In this document: piece by piece, positions 52,301 to 63,719 of the stretch
Position numbering within the stretch: the stretch's first letter is position 1
Layout of the letters: each line of letters opens with the position of its first letter
Source: Pristiophorus japonicus
Taxonomy: Eukaryota
Direction of reading: 5' to 3'
Assembly: GCF_044704955.1 (NCBI RefSeq)
Contig: NC_091990.1
Span: 176,700,001-176,764,000, forward strand
Length of the DNA: 64,000 nt
Notes under the pieces: model-generated
What the model saw: only the letters and a program-made list of their open reading frames with translations
What the model was told of the DNA's origin: nothing
Databases searched by the model: none
Position numbers and translations under genes: made by a program

Positions 52301-55300
52301 TGGTTTTGGAAAAGTGTGCATTGTAATGAAACCACAGTCAGGTTTCAATATATTTTAGACCAGAGAACAAAACACTTGCTTATATTCAAGCTTTGCTACA
52401 TCAAGAGGTCTGTTTTGGTGCAGAGATCAGGCAATTTGTACACCACTGTGCCTACCCATTTCAAACTAACAAACGCAGTGGAACAGATAGAAGTAACCCT
52501 GACTATTCTGAATCCTGATCTCATGCTATTAGGTACACGACAGAAGAAAGCAGCAGACCCCTCTGAAAAGTTATGTAGAGGACTACTTGGCCACCTTATG
52601 GAACAGACAATCAGTCCTGGGATTGCAACACAAGTAATGTTAAGTGATCGTTCTTAGTGCTAACTAACCACCCAAATCAATATTCTTTTAACCTCTTTAA
52701 AAATACACTCATTGTTCATTCTGTGCGGATTTTGAGAACACTTAAATATTGCAGCTAAGATTGCAAAAATATATTTTAAACAAAATGATCAGAGAAATGA
52801 TGACAGTACCTTTTATATTTAATTTAACCTCTTTTTGTATTTTGGAAGCCGTGGCTGGATGCATCACTTCACAAATATACACTGTGTTATGGTCTTCACT
52901 AATGGTTGGTATAAAAGCTAGAACACTGGCAACACTGTACGTGTCGTCTTCGTATTGCTGCTCAGTTATACTGTGTAAATATTTGGGTTGCTCGGTTTCG
53001 TTCCCAGCAATGAACACTGGTTTCCCTGGCTCAAGTTTCACAATTTCTTTCAATTTGTTGTTCTGTTTTGTGTACCAAATGATAGTCAGCGGTCTTGGTT
53101 TAAATCCATTAATTGGACAGGTCACAGCGAGCGCTTCTTCATGAATAATATGAGGAGGTATCACAATATCCGTCATCCTTGGTTCAACTTTTTTTTTTTT
53201 TAAAAAGGGAAAAAATATTACGTATGTTTACAAAGTTCTCAGAATTCATTGAATATCGACTACTTAAAAACACATTTAAAGAGTTTATGTTATGTCATAT
53301 CAAGTATGAAAAGTGATTCAGCAATCCTGGCAAATAAAGCTGCTAACACTGCTGTACAAGGTCCAAACTGGGTATTGGCAGAATGGTCAGGTGCTACAAA
53401 CCAGGAATATACTTTTAAAATAAAAACAGAAAATGCTTGAAATACTCAGCAGGTCAGGCACTTGAGAGAAAGAGAAACAGAGGTAACGTTTCAGGTCAAT
53501 GAATGTTCACCAGAATCGAACCGAAATGTTGGGTTGAACTTTCCGGATTGGTGGCACGTGCGAACAGTGGCGGGTCAGGTGGGAAAGTTGTTATTTTTGA
53601 CAGGGGGTCGGAAACTCGCTGTCATCTTGCTCCCACGTGCCTTTCCCCCAGGTGCATCTGTCTTTGTGGATCCGACCCGACCAGCGGCAGACCCAATTGA
53701 GATAATTATCAGACACTTAAGAGTCTTTTTTCACTTTTTAAATTTCCCTGCATGGTCATGTGATTCATGCATCTTGGAGTGTGTGCGCTCGCGCTCGCGC
53801 GCGCGTGCGGCTTTTCTGCAGAGGCCTAAAAAGATCCTAACTAGCTGAGTTACACTGCTGCAAATTGATTGGGGAAACTGTGGTTTTTCAACTTAGGCCA
53901 AAAAGAGCAGCCTGCTCCAAAAAAACGGCACAAATCACTGGGAAAAATTGAGCCCAATAATCCTGTCATAATTAATTTTACCATTGCATCACTTCATTTA
54001 TGAAAGTGTATTTGAGGCATTTTAAAAATAAAATTACAAGTAAAAATTGTCTCCTAAAAATTGCTAAAAAAAACATTAAAAATTTCAATATGAAAAAATG
54101 CCAAAAAGGTCCTGTAAACATTGCAACTAAAAATGTAACGCCTGTGGCACATTAAAAGCTCCTTCGTGTGCAGCTTTCCTTGCTCTCATTCTCATCAATT
54201 CACAAAGGATAAAGAGGAAACCTGGCACAAAAGTTACAGAATTGTGCTCGATGTGGGCATAAATGACACCAAGACACAAAATGTGCACAAATACTTCATC
54301 TGACTAAAAGCACAAGAATGCTGAATTATAAACCAGTAACTAATATAGAACCTGCTCTTCAAATTTTGTGATCCGACCGCATCTGTTGCACAACTGCTCT
54401 TAATGCAAGGTTAAAATTAAACACTAGGGGGCCGAAATTGCCCCTTTTTGAGCCATCAGTGAAGGTGCAGAAAGCACTCACTGCTCGGTCGAGTCACCGA
54501 CAATCGCGACATTGCCCTCATTTTGGGGGGGGGGGGGGGGCGGTGGACGCTCCTGCCCCGACGGAGTCCCCGCCCCGTCGACCCCTTACTGACTAGTGGC
54601 GACCCCCTTTCTGCCCCACATGGGAAATTGCCCCGTGGGAGTGGATCGGTGTCCCCAACAGCTTTCCCCTGTGGGGAGCTGCCTGTGACTGGGCAGCACG
54701 TCCGCCCATTAAAGGGGAGTGCGCACTGCCGCGGCTGCCATTTTATTTTAATTGTCGGCTGACTCAGAGGTCAGCCCGACAATGGCGGCCGCAGGTTCAG
54801 CCGAGCCGCCAACAGACAGCTTGGCAACCCCTCTAGGGTGCCAGACCGTTGGCCCGGCCGAAACCCTCCCTGGTGGCCCAGTGGATGCCACTAACGTGGC
54901 TGCAGAGTTCGCAGTGGCCCTCCCCTTTAACTGAAGTGGAGGGATGTTCATAGAAACATAGAAAATAGGTGCAGGAGTAGGCCATTCGGCCCTTCTAGCC
55001 TGTACCGCCATTCAATGAGTTCATGGCTGAACATTCAACTTCAGTACCCCATTGCTGCTTTCTCGCCATACCCCTTGATCCCCCTAGTAGTAAGGACCTC
55101 ATCTAACTCCTTTTTGAATATATTTAGTGAATTAGCCTCAACAACTTTCTGTGGTAGAGAATTCCACAGGTTCACCACTCTCTGGGTGAAGAAGTTCCTC
55201 CGCATCTCGGTCCTAAATGGCTTACCCCTTATCCTTAGACTGTGACCTCTGGTTCTGGACTTCCCCAACATTGGGAACATTCTTCCTGCATCTAACCTGT

Positions 55301-58300
55301 CGAACCCCGTCAGAATTTTAAATATTTCTATGAGGTCCCCTCTCATTCTTCTGAACTCCAGTGAATACAAGCCCAGTTGATCCAGTCTTTCTTGATAGGT
55401 CAGTCCCGCCATCCCAGGAATCAGTCTGGTGAACCTTCGCTGCACTCCCTCAATAGCAAGAATGTCCTTCCTCAGGTTAGGAGACCAAAACTGTACACAA
55501 TACTCCAGGTGTGGCCTCACCAATGCCCTGTACAACTGTAGCAACACCTCCCTGCCCCTGTACTCAAATCCCCTTGCTATGAAGGCCAACATGTCATTTG
55601 CTTTCTTAACCGCCTGCTGCACCTGCATGCCAATCTTCAATGACTGATGTACCACGACACCCAGGTCTCTTTGCACCTCCCCTTTTCCTAATCTGTCACC
55701 ATTCAGATAATAGTCTGTCTCTCTGTTTTTACCACCAAAGTGGATAACCTCACATTTATCCACATTATACTTCATCTGCCATGCATTTGCCCACTCACCT
55801 AACCTATCCAAGTCGCTCTGCAGCCTCACAGCATCCTCCTCGCAGCTCACACTGCCACCCAACTTAATGTCATCCGCAAATTTGGAGATACTACATTTAA
55901 TCCCCTCATCTAAATCATTCATGTACAGTGTAAACAGCTGGGGCCCCAGCACAGAACCTTGCGGTACCCCACTAGTCACTGCCTGCCATTCTGAAAAGTA
56001 CCCATTTACTCCTACTCTTTGCTTCCTGTCTGACAACCAGTTCTCAATCCATGTCAGCACACTACCCCCAATCCCATGTGCTCTAACTTCGCACATCAAT
56101 CTCTTGTGTGGGACCTTGTCGAACACCTTCTGAAAGTCCAAATATACCACATCAACTGGTTCTCCCTTGTCCACTCTACTGGAAACATCCTCAAAAAATT
56201 CCAGAAGATTTGTCAAGCATGATTTCCCTTTCACAAATCCATGCTGACTTGGACCTATCATGTCACCTCTTTCCAAATGCACTGCTATGACATCCTTAAT
56301 AATTGATTCCATCATTTTACCCACTACCGATGTCAGGCTGACCGGTCTATAATTCCATTTTCTCTCTCCCTCCTACGTATCAGCGCGACGCTGCTGACAC
56401 CGACCGACATCCGTCCAACTCCACATCGACTTCCGCCCCGAAGAAGAAAAATTATTTGAAGAACTCAATTTCGAACCTCTCTCCGCCCCATGGATTTGGG
56501 CGCAGAAAAATCTTAAATAATGGTGGGTGCGCCTCCTTTCAGTAGGGGGGCATTTCCACCCCATGGAATGCAGTGGTATAAGAGGAGGCAGCTCAGAATT
56601 TATAGAATGAGTTGAATAAAATACATAAATGGTCAGAGCAATTTGGGACTTAAGTGTCAGTGACAAGTTTTCCAATTCGTGTAATGGTGGATCGTTTTAC
56701 CCATAATCTTCTGGAAACCATTCTATAACAAGTTCGTTTCATCTGTGTCAAAATAAATGTATACATATATCTCTTCATAAACAAAAATTCTTCAGTTATG
56801 TTCGCTTGGTATCACTTGTAATTCACACTTACTTCCTTCAACACTCAGCTTGATCATCTTAGTAATAGGCCTTCCAAGAGTGGTATGTATGACTTTAACT
56901 CGGAGGATAGCTTTATCATCTTTATAAATGTCAGGACATAGTGAAGCTTTGCAGTTCACACTGGAGCTACCATCTTTGTTGTGTTTCACAGCTGGCATCT
57001 CAAACTTGAAGGATCCATCAAGTTGAAGTCCATTATTTGAAATAAGTTTGTGCTGGTCATCTGGTACAGGTTCTAGTGGGTTCCTCGTTTCATGAGTCCA
57101 CTGGTAAATCACTTTTGGGCTATTTTCCTCTTTTCTTTGCAGTAACCAGTGAACAGAAATGTTCTCAGGCTTATACCCAGAAATCTGACAATTCAGAACA
57201 GCCTCTTGCAAATGTATAAACCGTGGAGGTTTGCTTATATCAGAAACTTTTGGAGGAACTAAAAAAAATGTTTAAAAACATTTAGAAATGTATCCATTCT
57301 TTGCCACAAGGTCTTCCTATTACTTCAAAAACATCAGCATGAATCCATTCTAAGACTAAACATAACTATTACTGAAATAAAAACACCTACATGACAATAC
57401 AACAGTTGGTTTAATAGATCGCTAAATATGAAATGAAATAAGTTGTTCCTTGTTGAAACAAATTTGCCTTGCCCATAATAATCATCAGCAACTCTAGTTA
57501 AAATACAAGTATGAGAGGTAGAGAGACACAAATAGACAGATTAGAGACAAAAAGAGAAGCTGAGGCAAAGGGAAGGAAACATCAAGACTCAAGGACAGAA
57601 ATCAGTGAAGAAACACAACAGCAGAGATCAGTAATGCATGATGGATGCCAGAAACAAAGCGAGAAAGATCAAGAAAAAGCTAGACACAGACAAATCAGGT
57701 CGGCACACAGATCTGGGGAGAAAGATAAGGGGCATAGAGATCTGGCAGAAAAACACCACAGTGATAGTGAGACACAAACCTCCAAAGGGAGAGAGATGAC
57801 AAAATAGAAACACATCAACTGCGCAAAAAACAGACTTACAGCGATGAATGGACAGATCGATACAACCAAATGAGAGACAAAGATCAAGAGATCAGAGTAC
57901 TTATCATGAGTAGCATCATGGGAGATCCACCATATTGGTATCTTAATAAAAATCTTACACCTTCACACATGCCCTGCACCACTTGACTTCCAGCAATTAC
58001 GGTCTTCTCACACTTTATGAATTGCTATGTTCACATTTACTATGGGTTTTGCCGATGTAAACAAGTCACTCTACAATCTGGCAACCGGGTTCCCACAAAT
58101 CGCTCAAAATGCTGAGAGAAATATTTTCGCATCTAACATTATTTCCCTCGGTAACTAATACTTTTAATGTCAAAATAAGGATTTAAATAAAATATTTTTT
58201 TAATTACATATTTCACATTAACATGATTAAATTTGTCCATTGAATTGTCATGTCTTTTAATGCCTTCATTAAAGTTTTTATTTGAAGATCTCAGCCTCTC

Positions 58301-59523
58301 TTAAAGACTAGGTTTGGATTTGATCTCTTTGCTCGGAGCTATGACTTTCAGTTGAATTTGATTTCTGCAGTCTGACCATGAGCAGTGCATCGAATTTCCC
58401 AGACTACATCAGTACCAGTCAGCTGTACCAATGGAATATTTTCCATCAGCTTCTAGCACTTTCTGCCCAGTAGCATTTTTTCAAAAAAAACAATGGAATA
58501 AAGTTCAAAAGTTTAACTTAAGTAACACTTTATTTTGATTTTATTTTAAAAAGACTGTCTTTGTGAGTGGAAAAGGTGATTAGTTTAACTGTAGTACAAT
58601 ATGCTGTGTTTATAAACTTCTGAACATACATTAAATTAAATGAGAGTATAAGTGAGAGCACAGAGAGAGGTGAGAGCATGAGAGCTGGGGATCTGGGGGA
58701 CAGGGGTTGGGGAGGGGGAACGGTTTGTTTTCTAGCTGCTTTTCTCACTCTGGATTTCTACATTCCCTGCTCCTCAGTTCAGATGTTACTATTTCATTTT
58801 GAGTCAAACACTGAAGCCAGAAGTGCATGATATCTTACCAATATTTACATTTTCCTCTTTTTATGGACAATGTAGTTTTAAACGGAAGTGTTCAAAAGTA
58901 AACACATGCAAAGTAATATTCCGTCAAATGCAGAATAAAAAACTTTTTTTAAACTGTGGAGTATGGTAACTTAAAACTGGGAAGAAAAGTCTTTGTTCAC
59001 AGTACTCTTTATTGACTATTTGCAAGTTATGTTTATAAACAAATGCTTCATTTTATTTTAAACCTGAAGTTTCTTATTTGAACAGATCCACTGTGTTGGG
59101 TCTCCTTGCCTACAAGCTGCAGTGACACTCATGGGAAGCTGCTCATTACGCACAATGCAATGGGGCCCATAATTTTAGACTGACCTCTGAACAAACCTGC
59201 ACTGCCCAGCCCCAAGAGAAGCACTTTAAACAAAAACACTGACAGAGATCAGCTAACTCGGTGCAGATCAAGGATTATCTGATAGCTCAGCTTCACATGG
59301 GGAAATGTATCAAATTAATTAGACACAGCAAAAGAGATCAAGACCATTTTGAAAGATTATATGATGTGCTTCTTACATTTCTGAAGTGTACAGAAGGATA
59401 TTTTACCTTTTCGGAAATACTTTAGATACGTAAAAAATCCAACGCCCAAGATCGCCATACACATCAATACACTAACAATTACACTTCCAGCTATTGTTCC
59501 CGTTGGTGTAACAAATTCTGGTT
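43018..59523 (-). CDS. Gene A (3' part): Ig-superfamily membrane protein, TM exon + six C1-set Ig exons + stop; 5' exons lie beyond the window end
   Basis: Seven exons (59407-59523, 56833-57258, 52810-53187, 51603-51914, 48449-48772, 45258-45569, 43017-43331), all AG/GT flanked, phase 1-1, lengths multiples of 3. They splice into one open frame ending TAA at 43018-43020. Confidence 0.88.
43905..44395 (-). mobile_element. RTE 3' fragment
   Basis: [25 protein letters not shown]. Confidence 0.85.
45258..45569 (-). CDS. Gene A post-TM Ig C1 domain 5 (F-strand Cys absent)
   Basis: aaacag| acceptor, G|gtacgt donor, 312 nt; [17 protein letters not shown]...[11 protein letters not shown]. Confidence 0.9.
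46122..46804. mobile_element. MITE-like element
   Basis: Imperfect TIRs GGCTTGGATTTC / GCAAGTTCCAGGCC; internal motifs resemble 7184-7923. Confidence 0.5.
47565..48030 (+). mobile_element. tRNA-derived SINE
   Basis: Pol III box A (TAGCATAGTGG) and box B (GTTCAAATC); 3' tail matches the LINE end at ~33690-33760. Confidence 0.75.
48449..48772 (-). CDS. Gene A post-TM Ig C1 domain 4 (F-strand Cys absent)
   Basis: ttacag| acceptor, G|gtatga donor, 324 nt; [20 protein letters not shown]...EFKVEVLH. Confidence 0.9.
48833..51560 (+). mobile_element. CR1 LINE with an inverted younger CR1 (~50183-51008) inserted
   Basis: RT motifs on + strand, interrupted by a minus-strand copy carrying the TAGAAACATAGAAA tail. 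Confidence 0.88.
51603..51914 (-). CDS. Gene A post-TM Ig C1 domain 3
   Basis: gctcag| acceptor, G|gtaagt donor, 312 nt; [17 protein letters not shown]...LTCEFQHES. Confidence 0.9.
52810..53187 (-). CDS. Gene A post-TM Ig C1 domain 2
   Basis: 378 nt, G|gtactg donor, A-rich acceptor; [10 protein letters not shown]...IIW...DDTYSV...YICEVMH. Confidence 0.87.
53531..53955. mobile_element. MITE-like element
   Basis: Imperfect TIRs GGGTTGAACTTTCC / GGAAAAATTGAGCCC. Confidence 0.45.
54428..56562. mobile_element. GC-rich MITE split by a CR1 insertion
   Basis: TIR-like GGGGCCGAAATTGCCCC / GGGGCATTTCCACCCC on either side of the CR1. Confidence 0.55.
54950..56370 (-). mobile_element. Young 5'-truncated CR1 with uninterrupted 427-aa RT ORF
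   Basis: ORF 55041-56324 nearly identical to the copy at 21731-23198. Confidence 0.92.
56833..57258 (-). CDS. Gene A post-TM Ig C1 domain 1 (long insertion, F-strand Cys absent)
   Basis: Polypyrimidine-ag| acceptor, A|gtaagt donor, 426 nt; [10 protein letters not shown]...VHW...DGSSSV...LRVKVIH. Confidence 0.87.
59407..59523 (-). CDS. Gene A transmembrane exon ([39 protein letters not shown])
   Basis: cccacag| acceptor, G|gtaaaa donor, 117 nt; ~24-aa hydrophobic stretch followed by KYFRK basic stop-transfer. Confidence 0.88.
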
Positions 59524-60529
59524 CTGTGGGTAAAACACACAAGGTACATTTTAACAGTGAATAGCAAAATAGAGCAACATCTGCAAATTAAGCCTTATTC
59601 CAAGACACTGATTTACCTTAAAGCAAAACATAACACACTACGAATACACAGTAAGTTGATCGAGAAAGGTTAACATTTCAGGTTGAAGATTCTTCAGAGT
59701 TCTGATTAACATTAACCTATCTCCCTCAGCTGCTGCTCAGTCTGTTGCACCTTTTAGCATTTCTTGATTTGACTTGAGCTCCAAAATTTGCAGATTTAAA
59801 AAAAAATCTTCACAATGGATTACTTTTATGAAATAAAAATGTTACAGCAATGTAGCTTTCTTAAGTCATGGTACACTGCACTGAATACCTAAAGCAAATT
59901 ACATCAATTAAAACGTTAAACACAAAAATGTCCAGGTGCTAGAAATCTGAAACACAAACAGAAAATGTTGCAAACATTCAGCAGATCAAGCAGTATCTGT
60001 GGAGAGAACACCAACAACTTAACGTTTTGGGTGCTGAACTGTCCTCAAAACAGAGAAGGAAGAGGCAGACAGGGATATTAATACAATTAGAAGGGATGGA
60101 GAAAATATATATTTTTTTAAACTGCCAAACCCAGAGAGGAATCACGAGTGCAAAAGACCATCTCCGTAATGGATTAAATCATAAGTGAAACAAATAGAAT
60201 ATGACAAATGAACAGCATTTAAAAAGGAACAGAACAACTGGAACAGCAAAGAATGAGACAATTGGAAGCATAATGAGAGAAATCAAAAAAATTTAAAAAG
60301 GTATTTATTACATTACACCGAGAACATGTGAATAGCTGAAGCTGTGGGAAGTTAGGCAGGAATAAATTAAAGTACAGAATATTGGCAAAGTGGAGTAGAG
60401 TCCAGAAACTCCAGAACCTGGGAAAAGAATAAAAGCAGGTTGACACCAAGAATGCAGGATTTACCTCGAACAGAGCCTTCACTACCCCCTGCAAACACCA
60501 GCATACCTATTCCACATCACCAGTACTTT

Positions 60530-62090
60530 TTCTGACAAAGAAAAAGTGGGATTTGGTTAGTAAAGTCAATATTAAGGCATGTAGGTTCCAGAGCGCTTAA
60601 TAGAAAGATATGATGCTCTACCTCAAGTTTCTATAGAACAAAGACAGAAAGGTCAGAGTGGGAGTGGGACGGAGAACTGAAGTGGCAGGTGGCAAGGAAT
60701 TTAGGGGTACACTTATGGACAGAACAGAGGTGTTCAGCAAAATGATCACTAAATCAGATGTTGGAGGTGGTGGAAATGGAGGAAGGTGACCTACCTGTTG
60801 AATGTGGAAAAACATAAGAAATATGAGGAGTAGGCCATACGGCCCCTCGAGCCTGCTCCACCATTTAATACGTTCATGGCTGATCTGATCATGGACTCAG
60901 GTCCACTTCTCTGCCCGCTCCCCATAACCCCTTATCGGTTAAGAAACTGTCTATTTGTGTCTTAAATTTATTCACTGTCCCAGCTTCCACAGCTCTCTGA
61001 GGAAGTGAATTCCACAGATTTACAACCCTCAGAAGAAATTCTTCCTTATCTCAGTATTCAATGGGTGGCCCCTTATTCTAAGATTATGCCCTCTAGTTCT
61101 AGTCTCCCTTATCAGTGGAAACATCCTCTCTGCAGCCACCTGGTCAAGCCCTTTCAATCTTATACATTTCGATAAGATCACCTCTCATTCTTCTGAATTA
61201 TAATGAGTAGAGGTCCAACCTACTCAACCTTTCCTGATAAGTCAACCCCCTCATCTCCGAAATCAACCGAGTGAACCTTCGCTGAACTGCCTCCAAAGCA
61301 AGTATAATCTTTTCTTAAATATGGAAAGCAAAACTGCACGCAGTATTCCAGGTGTGGCCTTACCAATACCTTGTATAACTGTAGCAAGACTTCCCTGATT
61401 TTATACTCCATCCCCTTTCCAATAAAGGCCAAGATTCCATTGGCCTTTCTGATCACTTGCTGAACCTGCATACTAACCTTTTGTGTTTTGTGCACAAGTA
61501 CCCCCAGGTCCCGCTGTGCTGCAGCACTTTGCAATCTTTCTCCATTTAAATAATAACAACTTGCTCTTTGATTTTTTTTCTGCCAAAGTGCATGACCTCA
61601 TACTTTCCAACATTATTCTCCATCTGCCAAATTTTTACCCACTCACTTAGCTTGTCTATGTCCTTTTGGAGATTTTGTGTGTTCTCCCCATTACATTGCT
61701 TTTCCTCCCATCTTTGTATTGTCAGCAAACTTGGCTCCGTTACACTTGGTCCTTACTTCCAAGTCGTTAATATAGAAGTCATTAATATAGATTGTGAAGA
61801 GTTGGGTTCCCAGCACTGATCCCTGCGGCACCCCACTAGTTACTGATTGCCAACCCGAGAATGAAGCATTTATCCCGACTCTCTGTTTTCTGTTAATTAG
61901 CCAATCCTCTATCCATGTTAATATATTACCCCCAACCCCGTGAACTTTTATCTTATTCAGTAACCTTTTATGTGGCACCTTGTAAAAGTGGAAAGTGACC
62001 AAAGGGAGACCCCATCAATGCTGTATGGGGAGTGGAGGGGGTGAGCGCAAAAACATGAAAAATGGAATGGACCCAGTCAAGGGTTGCAAA
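60530..62090 (-). mobile_element. Penelope-like fragment interrupted by a CR1 (~60813-61980)
   Basis: Flanks resemble 16270-16770; CR1 RT motifs in the middle. Confidence 0.7.
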
Positions 62091-63719
62091 AGTTCAGCAA
62101 GGTAGAAGTTCTCCCTCCATACAACAACCCTCTTTGTCAGTGAGTTTGATAACAATGCTGGGCTTGAACTGAAGAGAATGGAGTGCTGCAAGTTCAGACA
62201 GAGAAAGATTTGAGTCTGAGGAGTGGAAGAAACAGACTAGGTTGATATCATGCCAATAGCTGGCATGATATCAACCTAAAGATCTTGAGAGGGTAGGTGG
62301 TGAGAGGGATGGATCCATGTGGATCAGGAAGGCAGAAGCCAGGAGAAAGATGTGAGAGAGGAAGCCACTTGGCCAAAAAGGTAACTATGGAGATACAGGT
62401 GACAGAAGAAGAGCTCAGTATCATGTCAAATTTGGAATTTGTTTTTGTGAGGCTGTAGGGAGCTGAAGCCCTTGCAGAGGAAGGATGGCTTGAGGACAGA
62501 TCATAGTTAAAATACAACAATCGCCTGCATTCATATTGAAAGATTTTAGACTTTAATACCAGTTTTTAAAGAAAACTATAAAGGATGGGCTAGAAACCCT
62601 GGATTGCTCAAAGAGCAGAATTTGGTTAAAAGTATTAATAACAATGGATATAACACACAACTGTCAGTTTGGAAGGCATGCTGGGAAGGTTGATCAAGTT
62701 CAAAAGGTTGTGGGCCAGATTTTGCCGGAGTGGGACATCTCACAGCGTGCGGCGTTAGTTAGACTTGTTTGTGCATGTTTAAAGAAAATTTGCTCGAAGT
62801 GTGAGCTGATAACGGTGCAGTGAGGGCAACAGGGCATCTGGGACCTTGGTGAATGGGACAAACAGTGTATCTCCTTAGCTAATGAGATTTAAGGGATGAA
62901 AAATAAACAAAGAGACAGGAGTGAGGAGGAGGGTGAAATTGAGTTGGTTAAATTCAGGTATAGAAAGAGAGAGAGAGAGAGGAAAAGAAAGGTTGGATTA
63001 AGAGAGAGAGAAAAACACAATGAGAATTTTACAAAGGCAAGAGGGGTGGATCTGAACAAGGTGCTCGAACGTGTCAGAGGCAATGGGCGTGAGACACATC
63101 AAGGTGTGCCTTGGTGATAATGGCCACACTGGCAGTGTGACAAATTGGATGGGACAGTTAAAACAAGGGACTACTGTAGGAGGAAATTCCACCTATTTTC
63201 TGAGATTTGAAAGACAGGTTTCAACATGCAAAATGAAAGACAAAGGACTGGCAGGATATACAGTACTAATAAGTAATGACACATTGCCTGGGTCTCACAC
63301 CAGCCAAAGCCTGGAACAATGTACATTAAAACTTCAATAAGAGAATATTTTTGATGGTTCTGCCATTGGAGATAATCCATTTCTCTCTCAATCTGTAAAT
63401 TTATATACATTAGCATTTCAAAAACATGAGATTAACTTGTAAATGCAGGCAATTGAACAGGCTGGGTGCAAGTGGCCCCCAGGACATGTGAATGATGCCT
63501 AGGTAGTTCAGTATATTCTTATTCTCCTTCAACACCAAGACAAGAGAGCTCATATCTCAGTTACTGCTAACTAAATTCCATTTTAAATACATATTTTTTT
63601 TTAAAAACATTAAAAATTAGAAAATTATCCTGTGGGCATCTAGCACAAAAATACTTATTGCATTCATCTGAAATTACCCTCTTTGCTGCACTTAAAATCA
63701 TTCCGTCCATTCTGGGAAA

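Noticed and set aside
52930-52950. Tyrosine signalling motif (DDTYSV) in the tail
   Set aside because: It is the standard C1-set DGTYS strand motif
9414-57258. Rearranging Ig/IgW/IgNAR/TCR or MHC locus
   Set aside because: V is a single complete exon with its own splice donor and no RSS seen; C1 array follows the TM; no MHC peptide-binding exons
57511-57890. Charged ORFs in the TM-D1 intron
   Set aside because: AG-rich low-complexity sequence with no splice or homology support
6537-59523. A single giant two-TM gene spanning the window
   Set aside because: In-frame TAA at 43018 and an independent CpG promoter plus leader exon at 19678 indicate two genes
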